Positions 1-9,888 of a DNA stretch of 64,000 nt are shown one piece after another. Below the pieces are notes generated by a model that did no database searches, was not told the origin of the DNA, and worked only from the letters and a program-made list of their open reading frames with translations. The DNA comes from Promethearchaeota archaeon. GTDB lineage: Archaea > Asgardarchaeota > Lokiarchaeia > Sigyniarchaeales > SOKP01. The translations under genes and the position numbers were made by a program. The stretch covers positions 47,291 to 111,290 of the forward strand of contig RDOA01000009.1 of NCBI GenBank assembly GCA_011364925.1, written 5' to 3'. Numbering within the stretch: position 1 is the stretch's first letter; each line of letters starts with the position of its first letter.

Positions 1-2
1 CA

Positions 3-341
3 TATGAAGTCTTGAGATTATTGAGAACTGCAATTGTAACAAAGAACGATCTTGAAAAATTGAAGAAGAAAGGAGTTGAAGACATTGATAATATTCTGAG
101 ATTACTTTGGGAAAATCAGATGATTCTGGTTTTTAGAGACGATAAAAATACTGAATATTATGCTCTTCTTACGGATTTTCTTATACAATTAATTTTCCCT
201 AAATATTTATTAAATGTAATTAAATCTGAATACGATACTAAATCAAAAGCAGAGCATGTTTTAATAGAATACCTTAATGTTCTTGAAGACACCTATTTAG
301 GTTTAAAATCGATTGTTAAATCAAGAAAAAAAGCTAAATAG
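3..341 (+). CDS. C-terminal part (5'-truncated by window edge) of a paralogue of the longin-like/winged-helix protein at 4853-5956
   Basis: Frame is open from position 3 (YEVLRLLRTAIVTKNDLEKLKKKG...). By hand alignment, 75 of 100 residues are identical to the C-terminus of 4853-5956. Confidence 0.9.
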   Translation, partial: YEVLRLLRTAIVTKNDLEKLKKKGVEDIDNILRLLWENQMILVFRDDKNTEYYALLTDFLIQLIFPKYLLNVIKSEYDTKSKAEHVLIEYLNVLEDTYLGLKSIVKSRKKAK

Positions 342-545
342 GAATGGCTATTCGTTCCTTATTATATTTCTTCTAATTTTGGAAATTTTCAAATTGATTT
401 TTAGGTTTAAAAACGAATAATTGCTTATATTAGGTTTATTAAGATTCTTTTTACTAATAATTAAATATGCAAAAAGGTACTTATAAAGTTAAAAAGTTCT
501 TATTTTAAAGCATATCTAAAAAAAAACATAAATAGGTAAATGTAA

Positions 546-3500
546 ATGAATGTTAGAAAAAAACAAAAATTCAAAATGACACTGGTTTTACTTACGATCT
601 TAATTCCAACTGCTACATTTTCTATGATTTTATTTAATCAAGGAAATTATGGCGACAAAAATAATATGATATCTGATGGAGCGGAAAATCCGTTTGATAG
701 GGAAGGAGGAGATAACTATTATCCCAGAACTTCCGAAATCACTCATTTGAATGACAAATATGATTTATCTATCTGGTGGAATAAGACTTATAGGTTCAGA
801 ATTGGTTTTGTTTTAGAAGAAACTGAAGGAATTGATCGCTATCAACCTGTTGATGTGTTTTTTACATTCAGAGAGGATGAACATTATGAAAACACTGAAA
901 GACTCGTTAGCTTTAACGCAACGGGAAACGATGAGTGGAGCGATCCATTACCGTTGCAAATGTGGAACATAACTAAATATCCCGCGACGAATTTTATAGA
1001 ATCCTGTACAGTAACATTTCTCGCAAATGTTTCAGCTAATACAAACAAAACGTATTTTCTTTATTACAATGAAAATAATGCGGGAATTGAACAAATTGTA
1101 TATAATACTGGTTTCACAAGCGAGAAATCGGGGTTGACTCTAACTGTAACAGTAGGAACTGACTATCAAGTGGTCCTAAAGCAAGGATTAGCGTCAACGC
1201 AGTTAATAAGAGAAGGATTAAATTATCACCAAGATGAGTCTTTAGCTCCAGAAAAGCAATTATCAGATCCAAGCTTGAAATTTTTGGCTCATTTTGAGAA
1301 TTCAGTTTCTGATTCGTCAGGGAACGAACCAGATGGAACTATCAATGGTGATCCTCAATATATAACGGGAATAGTACAATATGGAATGGATTTTGACGGA
1401 AATGATTTTGTAAGTTATGCTAATGGCCTTGAAAGCATAGGAGATCCACTAAACGGCCTTAGCAACGAATTTACGGTATGTTTTTGGATTAACCCCGATG
1501 ATTTATCAGGTGGAGCAACTAATCACCAAACTGAGAATGTAGTGGCAGCTAAAGCTAGTGATTCATACAATGATAACTTTGAATTGGGAGTGAACAACGA
1601 AGGAAACATCCATGTTTATCTTGATACCGAGACCAGAGATACCTTTGCTGATTTTGCCCCCGCTGGAACAATTACTACTACAGGTGGGTGGTATTTTGTC
1701 GCTTTTAGATATCAACAGGGGATTGCTGAAGTAAGGATTGTTCAAATAAACAATCCAAGCAATCCAAATAATGATATCTGGTGGTCAATGCCTAATTGGA
1801 ATGGAGCAGACGATCTTGATGAAGCTGATGGTAGTCCGTTCACTATTGGAGCTTCTGAGCACATAGATCAATTTTTCAAAGGCGCAATTGACGAGTTTGC
1901 CGTTTACAATATATATCTTTCTGATCAAGAAGTTGAAGATTTTAAATACGGTTCAATGCCCTCTTCGATTCAATCAATAACAGAATTAGAGAATGGTCCC
2001 GTATTTTCCAGCTATGACGTTAAATGGACAACTACGTTTGATATGCATATTGAAGATACTTGTACATTTTACTACGATTATGAACTATGGAATCTAGAAC
2101 GAAGTATTTACTTTGAAAACGAATTCAACTACACGATTGATAGAATGTTTGCTTTAAATACAAATTATAATTTTACGGTAGTTGATGATCACGAGGACTT
2201 GTTATACATCTACGATGGTATTATCCAAAAAGACATAACTTCCGCGGGATTTGTTGCTGAAAATTATACTATTGTTCATAACGCTCCAGATGCATCTAAA
2301 GATGCAATAGGAGTGTTCATTGAAGGATATGAATTATCTGATCCCGCCCATACATCGATATCGTACCTTAAAGGTGATGTAATTTACGATAATGGTGATG
2401 TTGAGTTTATACCCGGTTCATTAAACGATTTTGATAATAGCGTTGGGAACGAATCCTATCAACTAAAGATCAATTTCTGGGAATTGGCAGGAAGTGTTAA
2501 TAAATCAGGAAATTTAGATAATACTGGCATGATCCAATATTTTGACGACACATTGTTATCCTTACGGGAAGAAGTAGACGTTTTTATTTATCAACAGGAT
2601 AGCCTTTTCTACAGCATCGACGTAAATGTGACTGATATTGATGGAAAATTAGTTCCAGACGCGACAGTAACCGTTTGGAATGCATCTGATTATACTACCT
2701 TCTGGACTCAAGACACAGATGCGTTTGGTCGTACTATTTTTAATCGATTTGAAAACGGACTTTATGTAGTAAATGTGTCTTACGTAAGATATGGCCAAAC
2801 TCTTAGCATCACAAATCCACAAGTTATTGAACTTAATGAAACTAATGTAGATACGTTTGGAGTATATTACCTTAGCTTTACTAATGTAAAGTTAACTTCT
2901 TTAGAGTTAAAGTTTCAGCGAGAAGATATGGGTACGATTCAAGAGGACGTAGTCGGTGCTAACATCACTTTTTCGATTGACGACGGTTCTGGATCAGTTA
3001 TATTAGGATATGAACTTACTAACTCCACTGGTGTTACTATATTTAGATGGGCTAATCTGACAGATGCTAATAGTGGAAATGTGAGTCTTACGGTTAATTG
3101 GCACGGCGAGAATTATGAAGATTTAGCTTGTGCTGATGATCTAAACCCTTCAGATATCGCTAGTATAACTTTACCCTTTTATCAATATCTCTATTCCGTT
3201 ATAAATGTATCTACTGGAAATACTTATCAATCTTTCCTAACAGTCAATGAAAGTGGAACAATAGATGTGATGTTAGGAGACCCATTGAGTCTTTGGGTAA
3301 ATTACACTCAACAAAAGAATTTGGATCCAATAACTCCAATTGAAGGTGGAACTGTAAGCTATAATATAAAAATCGGTACGCTACAAATTAATTCAGGAAC
3401 ACTCACATTTTCTGAAACGGGAAATGGTGTCTACAGTCTTTATATCGATACTTCAAATCCTGTAGAACCTGCTGGTGCGAATTGGTTATCCAGTGAGACA

Positions 3501-4853
3501 TATACAATGGAAATAACTGCTTCTAAACCAGGATATACTACAATCCAAACATCGATCACTTTTACACTTTTGGATAAATTGACAGCTTTAAGTGCAAGTG
3601 ATCCCACGCCTCAAGTTTATTACAACGATCCCATATCTTTCAATGTACATTATACAGATGTTTATGCTGAACCTGACCAAGATATCGATGGTGCTACAGT
3701 TCAATTTGTTGCAATTGGAGTTACGGGTGTTAATGGATATTTAACACCGTTAGGATCTGGTCTATACTCCTTTAATCTTGATAGTTCGGTTTTTCCGACT
3801 CACGGAGATTATATATTGCAAATTACTGCTTTTAAGCAGAATTACGAAACTCAAACGATTTATCTTCCGCTCTCAATAGAAAAGATAAATACAAGACTTA
3901 ACGATTCCGCTGCAATATATGATACTTACAATGTTTTTATAGGCGTTGAAAAGATTTTTTACTTTGAGTATACAGTTGAATCGTCAGGAATAGGATTATC
4001 AGGTGTTTCTCTAAGTGAATGCGCATGGGAAAAAGCAGTCAGCGGAGTCGTTGTAGATAGCGGTGTGGCTTCTTTAAATAGTATGGGTAATGGAATGTAT
4101 TCGTTAGATTTAAACACTGAAAACTTAGAAATCGCGACCTATACTCTCATAATAAGATTAGGGGAAAATAACTATGTCGAAAGAGATGCAATCATATTCT
4201 TGAATATAATTCCTAGAGATATTCATGTAGATGTGGATGATTTAATATCAGTAGTTTCTGGTAATAAACTGTCAATTGATATTTCGATATTTGATGCCAT
4301 TGATAATTCACCTTTACAAAATGCGGAAGTAATTTTAGAATTGAACAATGTAACTTATGGCTACTTTGATGATATTGGTGGTGGCACTTACTCAATAACT
4401 ATTCCTGATTCCGATCTTATTGATGCTTTTATCGCTAATGTATTCATACAAGCTAATATAATCGTGAATAAAGTTAACTATAGTCAAACAACCAAATCAT
4501 TTGCAATAGAAGTAAAAATGACAGAGATTTTCCCAGGCTTTCCAATGTTTTACTTTCTAATGTTGATTGGTGCCGTTGTTGCTGTGGTTGCTGCTCTTGT
4601 TATATCTCGTCAAGTGCGTAGAGCTAGGATACCCACATTTGTCAAGAAGGCAAGAGAGATGACTAAAAACATAAAAGGAAGGAAAGGCATATCAGATTCG
4701 CTTTTATATCCATCTAAAGAAGAATACATTGTTAAAAAACTAGGAGATAAGTGGGAATTGCTTGATTTGTCTTTGGTAGATATTCTAGGTGTCAGCACAA
4801 AGAAGAAAAAGAACTTGCCAGAACCAACTGAATTTGAGGGAGGTGGATTATAG
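546..4853 (+). CDS. Large membrane-anchored cell-surface protein (LamG/concanavalin-like domain, Ig-like beta-sandwich repeats, C-terminal TM helix and basic cytoplasmic tail)
   Basis: N-terminal basic + hydrophobic signal/anchor. LamG-like motifs (FTVCFWINP...GWYFVAF...FTIGA...FKGAIDEFAVYNIYLS). Many NxS/T sequons and repeated GxGxYS Ig-like units. TM FYFLMLIGAVVAVVAALVI followed by an approximately 80-aa tail. Confidence 0.85.
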   Translation: MNVRKKQKFKMTLVLLTILIPTATFSMILFNQGNYGDKNNMISDGAENPFDREGGDNYYPRTSEITHLNDKYDLSIWWNKTYRFRIGFVLEETEGIDRYQPVDVFFTFREDEHYENTERLVSFNATGNDEWSDPLPLQMWNITKYPATNFIESCTVTFLANVSANTNKTYFLYYNENNAGIEQIVYNTGFTSEKSGLTLTVTVGTDYQVVLKQGLASTQLIREGLNYHQDESLAPEKQLSDPSLKFLAHFENSVSDSSGNEPDGTINGDPQYITGIVQYGMDFDGNDFVSYANGLESIGDPLNGLSNEFTVCFWINPDDLSGGATNHQTENVVAAKASDSYNDNFELGVNNEGNIHVYLDTETRDTFADFAPAGTITTTGGWYFVAFRYQQGIAEVRIVQINNPSNPNNDIWWSMPNWNGADDLDEADGSPFTIGASEHIDQFFKGAIDEFAVYNIYLSDQEVEDFKYGSMPSSIQSITELENGPVFSSYDVKWTTTFDMHIEDTCTFYYDYELWNLERSIYFENEFNYTIDRMFALNTNYNFTVVDDHEDLLYIYDGIIQKDITSAGFVAENYTIVHNAPDASKDAIGVFIEGYELSDPAHTSISYLKGDVIYDNGDVEFIPGSLNDFDNSVGNESYQLKINFWELAGSVNKSGNLDNTGMIQYFDDTLLSLREEVDVFIYQQDSLFYSIDVNVTDIDGKLVPDATVTVWNASDYTTFWTQDTDAFGRTIFNRFENGLYVVNVSYVRYGQTLSITNPQVIELNETNVDTFGVYYLSFTNVKLTSLELKFQREDMGTIQEDVVGANITFSIDDGSGSVILGYELTNSTGVTIFRWANLTDANSGNVSLTVNWHGENYEDLACADDLNPSDIASITLPFYQYLYSVINVSTGNTYQSFLTVNESGTIDVMLGDPLSLWVNYTQQKNLDPITPIEGGTVSYNIKIGTLQINSGTLTFSETGNGVYSLYIDTSNPVEPAGANWLSSETYTMEITASKPGYTTIQTSITFTLLDKLTALSASDPTPQVYYNDPISFNVHYTDVYAEPDQDIDGATVQFVAIGVTGVNGYLTPLGSGLYSFNLDSSVFPTHGDYILQITAFKQNYETQTIYLPLSIEKINTRLNDSAAIYDTYNVFIGVEKIFYFEYTVESSGIGLSGVSLSECAWEKAVSGVVVDSGVASLNSMGNGMYSLDLNTENLEIATYTLIIRLGENNYVERDAIIFLNIIPRDIHVDVDDLISVVSGNKLSIDISIFDAIDNSPLQNAEVILELNNVTYGYFDDIGGGTYSITIPDSDLIDAFIANVFIQANIIVNKVNYSQTTKSFAIEVKMTEIFPGFPMFYFLMLIGAVVAVVAALVISRQVRRARIPTFVKKAREMTKNIKGRKGISDSLLYPSKEEYIVKKLGDKWELLDLSLVDILGVSTKKKKNLPEPTEFEGGGL

Positions 4854-5956
4854 TGCCCGTTGGTTTAGTTGTTATGAAATGGGATGAGCGCATCGGTACT
4901 GAAATCTTAGCCAAATATCCCGAGGAAATAGTCATAACTGATAAAACACTGATGCAAGTGTATAGCACGCACGAGTATAGTGGAGAGTCAGGGATGATCA
5001 GTTTAATGGTTGGTTCTTTAAATATCGCTTCTTACTACACTGGACCAGAAAAGGGATACTACATTCTCATGCTTTTAAATCTCGACGATGATCCTGATGC
5101 TTATGAAGGGGGCCTAGCTGACACAGCCAGGATAATATTGCAAAATCTAGAAGATGAGGCATTTATAAAACTCGTTCCTTCATTATTCCGCAGACTTTCG
5201 GTTTACCCAACATTAAATGATGAACAACGATTAGCGATGACATATCAAGATGAAATTAAACGCATGATTATCAATCGGTTAAGGGAAGAAGGGGTTGTCT
5301 CCAAATCCGAGCTAATGGTTTGGTTAAAAGACAGATATAAGCAAGGATTTGTTGACTTAGAAGGCGTATTAAGCGAATTGATTAAGAGGGAACTTATTAA
5401 AGAAACCTCTGTTAAAGGGATGCCTTCTGAGTTGATCTTTCTTACAAACGACATCTTAATGTTGAGAGTTCCTCCCGTAAAATTGCTCAAAGATCCAGGA
5501 GATAAAGGTCTACCTGCAAAGCTTGTTTCTGATTATAAAATGGAGATCAAAAAATATTTTCTTAACTATCGACCATCTGAACAGGACAATCTCAGGTTAA
5601 TTGATAACATTATTAATCCCCAAGTTTACGAAACACTGCGTTTGTTAAGAACGGCAATTGTAACTAAAAATGATCTCGAGAAATTGAAAAAGAAAGGTGT
5701 TGATGATATTGACGAAGTTTTGAAAATGCTTTGGGAAACTCAAATGATTCAAGTGTTTCAAGACGATAGAAACAATGAGTATTACGCCTTACTTTCAGAT
5801 TTTTATGTGGATAAAATCTTTCCGAAATATTTAATGAATGTCATTAAATCTGAATATGAGAAAAAATCAAAAGCAGATCAAGTCTTAGTTGAATACCTAA
5901 ATATTCTCGAGAATACATATATCAATTTAAAATCAGCTGTTAAATCAAAAGATTAA
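4853..5956 (+). CDS. Conserved hypothetical protein: putative N-terminal longin/uDENN-like domain plus two winged-helix-like domains
   Basis: N-terminus GLVVMKWDERIGTEILAKYP matches the beta1-beta2 'hydrophobic-(F/W)D-xx-xG-P/T...YP' pattern of longin/uDENN domains. IINRLREEGVVSKSEL...VLSELIKRELIK is wHTH-like. The GTG start overlaps the upstream TAG (TAGTG). Confidence 0.6.
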   Translation: MPVGLVVMKWDERIGTEILAKYPEEIVITDKTLMQVYSTHEYSGESGMISLMVGSLNIASYYTGPEKGYYILMLLNLDDDPDAYEGGLADTARIILQNLEDEAFIKLVPSLFRRLSVYPTLNDEQRLAMTYQDEIKRMIINRLREEGVVSKSELMVWLKDRYKQGFVDLEGVLSELIKRELIKETSVKGMPSELIFLTNDILMLRVPPVKLLKDPGDKGLPAKLVSDYKMEIKKYFLNYRPSEQDNLRLIDNIINPQVYETLRLLRTAIVTKNDLEKLKKKGVDDIDEVLKMLWETQMIQVFQDDRNNEYYALLSDFYVDKIFPKYLMNVIKSEYEKKSKADQVLVEYLNILENTYINLKSAVKSKD

Positions 5957-5980
5957 TTTTTTTTTATTTTCATTTTTTTT
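5955..5980 (+). terminator. Oligo-T tract, probable archaeal intrinsic terminator
   Basis: Long T-runs immediately after the stop of 4853-5956. Confidence 0.4.
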
Positions 5981-6057
5981 ATTTCGTTACGTTTTTCAAT
6001 TTTTCATAACTATAGTTCTTAAAAAACCTAATACAATTTCAATAAAAAATTAAATTT

Positions 6058-7413
6058 GTGATAATATTGGCTGAATATGATAATTTTGATTTAGAAAATC
6101 TAGCAAAACCAAATGCACTCCCTGAAGATATCGATTATGAGACTCATATAATTGCTACTTATAGCGCAATGCTTCATCGAAAAATGGATGCTTTTTATAT
6201 GATGCAAGCGGTATGTGTTGAGCAATCAACTGGTACATTTGTCCCTGTTCCCGCGGAAACCCCTGAACAACGAAGAAAGCATGTAGCGAAAGTTATTGGG
6301 TGGTGGAGAGTCCCTGATTTTGAGTATGAGGGTGCTGAAGATTTTTTTGGTAGTCCTAAAATGTATCAATATGTAGTTCAAATTGCATATCCGTTAAACT
6401 TTAAACCCCAATTCCCAATGTTATTTACGACAATTTATGGAAATATATCAATGGGTGGACCACTTAAGATGCTTGATGTCCGATTCCCAAAAGCGTTTCT
6501 AAAAGAGTTCAAGGGTCCAAAATTCGGAGATGTTGGGGTTCGAAAGATACTAGGAGTTAAAGAAAGACCACTTTTGAATAACATGATTAAACCTTGCGTC
6601 TACTCTGATCCAAAAATAGGAGCAGATTTAGCGTATCAAGCAGCTGTTGGAGGATGTGATGTCATAAAAGATGACGAATTAATAGCTGATGTGGATTTTA
6701 ATCCAATCACTGAAAGAGTTACTGCTTTTATGGAAGCTTTGGATAGAGCTGATTCTGAGAAAGGAGAAAAAACTCTTTATACCGTTAATATCACCGACAG
6801 AGTAGAACGGATGTTTGAATTAGCAGATATTGTGCAAGAACATGGCGCCAATGCGTTAATGGTAAATCACATATCGGTAGGTTATTCTGCGTTGAGAAAA
6901 TTAGCAGAAGATCCTTCCGTAAAGGTTCCAATACTAGGACATATGGATTTTGCTGGTTCCTTATTCCAAGATCCCTTAAGCGGAGTTTCAAGTCCACTGG
7001 TACTTGGTAAATTTGGGAGATTAGCTGGTTGTGATTTCATAGTGCACCCTGCCCCTTATGGCAAAGCCCCTACTTTAGTTGATAGATTCAAAGAGACTGC
7101 ACGTCAAATGGTAATGCCGATGCGAAACGCTCCGCATATTAAAAGAACGATGCCGATGCCAAGTGGAGGAATAACTCAAAGTCTTGTCGAGAAATGTGTG
7201 AATGATTTAGGCACTAATATTATGATTGGTAGTGGCGGAGGAATTCACGCGCATCCAGATGGTCCAATAGCAGGAGCTAAAGCTTTTAGACAAGCCATCG
7301 ATGCTGTAATGAAAGGAATTCCAGCAAGAGATTATGCGAAAGATCATAAAGAGTTAGCTGTAGCATTAGGTTTGTTTGGTATTGGAAAAAAGACAGAATT
7401 TACGTCAGTCTAA
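6058..7413 (+). CDS. RuBisCO-like protein (form IV RLP)
   Basis: EQSTGT, IKP and GGCDVIKDDE motifs plus SGG/GGG phosphate loops. It has GHMDFAG instead of HxHRA and VHPAPYGK instead of HxGTxxGK, the pattern typical of form IV. Confidence 0.88.
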   Translation: MIILAEYDNFDLENLAKPNALPEDIDYETHIIATYSAMLHRKMDAFYMMQAVCVEQSTGTFVPVPAETPEQRRKHVAKVIGWWRVPDFEYEGAEDFFGSPKMYQYVVQIAYPLNFKPQFPMLFTTIYGNISMGGPLKMLDVRFPKAFLKEFKGPKFGDVGVRKILGVKERPLLNNMIKPCVYSDPKIGADLAYQAAVGGCDVIKDDELIADVDFNPITERVTAFMEALDRADSEKGEKTLYTVNITDRVERMFELADIVQEHGANALMVNHISVGYSALRKLAEDPSVKVPILGHMDFAGSLFQDPLSGVSSPLVLGKFGRLAGCDFIVHPAPYGKAPTLVDRFKETARQMVMPMRNAPHIKRTMPMPSGGITQSLVEKCVNDLGTNIMIGSGGGIHAHPDGPIAGAKAFRQAIDAVMKGIPARDYAKDHKELAVALGLFGIGKKTEFTSV

Positions 7414-7447
7414 AGATAAAACTTTTTTTTAATTATTTTTATTATTA

Positions 7448-8446
7448 TTATCCGTTTGTACCAAATCTCTTATCCAATCTTTCTTCCAAATCTATTAAGG
7501 AGTTTTCTTTAAGAATTCTAGTATTCGGGCTAAAATCTGTACTTTGTATATAGTTAGCAAGGTCATTTCCTCTTAAATCAATTAGTTCTAAAAGTGGGAT
7601 TTGTTTCAAGTATTCAATGTTTTGTGGGTCACTTAACTTATTGTTTGATAAGTCAAGATGCGTTAAACTTTTCATTTCAACCAGAGCTTTAAGGTCGTGA
7701 ATTTGGTTATTTGCAAGATTCAAATTTTGCAGATTTTGTAGATTTTTCAAACCTATTATCTTAGATACAGAATCAATGTTGTTTTTCCAGCCCCAGGGTG
7801 TCCCCTTGACTTCAAATTCGAGATAGTCGGATAAATCTAATCCATTAATCAATACATCTTCAGAATTTAGTTCAAAATATACATTTGGGAACTCTTTGAT
7901 TAATTGCCTAATTGTAAAGAAGTTGATAAGAATGTCGCCAAGTTGTTTATTTGAATAAGCATTGATTTTATTCCTCTTAATTAAAGGCTTTAGAGCTTCT
8001 TTATATTTTCTATTTTCATAACCTTTCTCAGCATTTATATATTGAAGCTTCCTAATCTTCTTTAATTGGTCTATTAATTCTGCTCTGGACTCTTTAGAGT
8101 CGATTTTCACTAAAGCTTTAACAACTGTCAATAAACACTGAAAGGATTTTTCGTGTCGAATCGTCCATTTAAATATAGCTAAACTTTTATTGATATGGTG
8201 TTCACATAAATAAATAGCAGCAGCGTTCCGAATAATTTCACTTGAATCAGAAGTTAATAAGCTCTCAAATAGATCATATAAATTCTCATTTACAAATTCC
8301 TTATTACCTAGAACTTTAATTGATTCTTCTCTTATCTTATCATTATCATAATTCTCAAGGATAGAAGCTAATAGATTAATAGCTGTGTCTTTACTTAGTT
8401 TGTTATTTATATATTCTTTATAAATAGTATTAGGACTTAATTCCAT
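7448..8446 (-). CDS. HEAT-repeat N-terminal / leucine-rich-repeat protein
   Basis: N-terminal IREESIKVLG...LLTSDSSEIIRNAAA HEAT-like helices; C-terminal LxxLxLxxN repeats. Confidence 0.85.
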   Translation of the reverse strand: MELSPNTIYKEYINNKLSKDTAINLLASILENYDNDKIREESIKVLGNKEFVNENLYDLFESLLTSDSSEIIRNAAAIYLCEHHINKSLAIFKWTIRHEKSFQCLLTVVKALVKIDSKESRAELIDQLKKIRKLQYINAEKGYENRKYKEALKPLIKRNKINAYSNKQLGDILINFFTIRQLIKEFPNVYFELNSEDVLINGLDLSDYLEFEVKGTPWGWKNNIDSVSKIIGLKNLQNLQNLNLANNQIHDLKALVEMKSLTHLDLSNNKLSDPQNIEYLKQIPLLELIDLRGNDLANYIQSTDFSPNTRILKENSLIDLEERLDKRFGTNG

Positions 8447-8515
8447 GATGTATTAATGAATATAATGAGTAATATAGGAAATTTAATTAAATAAAGGTAA
8501 TAAGTAATAAAAAAG

Positions 8516-9793
8516 TTAGGTAAATTTTCTTCCAGAGATTTGTCCAACTAATTCTCTAATAGTGGCTTTCATTTTATTAAAGGGTCTTAAGTTTCCAGAG
8601 AAGGGAGTATCAATTCCATGGTGTAAAATAGGTTCCAGATGGGTTTCAATTTTCTGTACCTTCTTCAAATTTCCTTCAGTTAGGCAGGAAAGAAAATAAT
8701 CGTTCTTATATTTTTTAAAAGTTAAAAATCTATATCTTTGAAATCCTAATTTAACCGCGATCCAACGAGGATAAGCTCCGGTATTTCCTAATGTATTCGC
8801 AGCTATCGCTTCTATTTTTGCGGTAAGCAATGATTCCTTCATCTCTATTTCTTCGGCAGGATTTTCGTATTTTACGGGTAATTCAACGTTTAACTGTTCC
8901 TCGTTATCGAGTAAAAGTGAAATCACGCCTATTGACATGGAAGATAAGCCAACGTAATCTAATCTGATCCAATCGTCTACAGATGGAATCTCTTGATCTG
9001 TAAATATGTAATCTTGTAGTTGTAAATATTCTTTAAAAATAGCATAAAGGCTACCAGTGAATTTTTTCTCAATGTCGAACTTGTCAATTATACTTAAGTT
9101 GTTGACATCTTTATCGCGAACTAATTCTGAGAAATACTTTTCCATCTGCTTGAGAAACCATTTTCCTTTTTTATCGGGAAACTTTCCGTAAAGAATGTAA
9201 ATGATATCGTCTTTTTCAAAGAATTGACATTTTTCTACCTCACCACCTTCAGATTTGAGAAGCATCTTATCTAGATTCCCTCTTAAGATGCTTGTTGCGA
9301 TAAAATCTAAATTATTCGTTAATTCTAATAAATATAAAAGCCTCTTATTTGTCGCAAATAGAGGAGTTCTATCTACGGAAGTAACTCCGCATAATCTTAC
9401 GTACTCCTTCTTATCTTCATCTAAAGAAATCTTATCGTCATCTAAAGAAATTTTTGCATCTCTCTCTTTTTTCCTTACACCCTGTATCCTTGAGGAAGCT
9501 GTTTCAGTCTTAGGTATAAATTCTTGCGGTTCAAGCTTTTTCGACTCATTTTCTGTGTTATTTGTGTAGCTAAAGATATTAGATAAAAATTTCTTGCAGA
9601 TTGGACAGTATTTATCTTTTGGATATGGTTTCACCATCTTATATCCACAATTTTCACATGTAATACTTTCACGATCGGATGAAAATAAAAGTTTTTTATC
9701 CTGCTTTTTTATCTCTTTCTGCTTCTCTTCTTTCTTCTCTTCCTTCTTTTTCTTATCTTTTTTCTTCTTCTTTGAATTAGTGATTAAAATCAA
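8516..9793 (-). CDS. Hypothetical protein: Lys/Glu-rich N-terminus, CxxC...CxxC zinc ribbon, possible tandem longin/roadblock-like domains
   Basis: CENC...CPIC motif. The C-terminal two-thirds shows an alternating beta/alpha pattern. The domain call is inference. Confidence 0.55.
   Translation of the reverse strand: MILITNSKKKKKDKKKKEEKKEEKQKEIKKQDKKLLFSSDRESITCENCGYKMVKPYPKDKYCPICKKFLSNIFSYTNNTENESKKLEPQEFIPKTETASSRIQGVRKKERDAKISLDDDKISLDEDKKEYVRLCGVTSVDRTPLFATNKRLLYLLELTNNLDFIATSILRGNLDKMLLKSEGGEVEKCQFFEKDDIIYILYGKFPDKKGKWFLKQMEKYFSELVRDKDVNNLSIIDKFDIEKKFTGSLYAIFKEYLQLQDYIFTDQEIPSVDDWIRLDYVGLSSMSIGVISLLLDNEEQLNVELPVKYENPAEEIEMKESLLTAKIEAIAANTLGNTGAYPRWIAVKLGFQRYRFLTFKKYKNDYFLSCLTEGNLKKVQKIETHLEPILHHGIDTPFSGNLRPFNKMKATIRELVGQISGRKFT
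9410..9451. repeat. 21-bp in-frame tandem duplication (KISLDDD/KISLDED)
   Basis: cttatcttcatctaaagaaat followed by cttatcgtcatctaaagaaat (1 mismatch). Confidence 0.85.
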
Positions 9794-9888
9794 ACTCCGC
9801 GACTAATTTAAATTTGCTTCAGATAAATAAATCTAATACTTAATTGATATGTAAAGGTAATAAAAAATTTTGTATTAATATATTGGGT

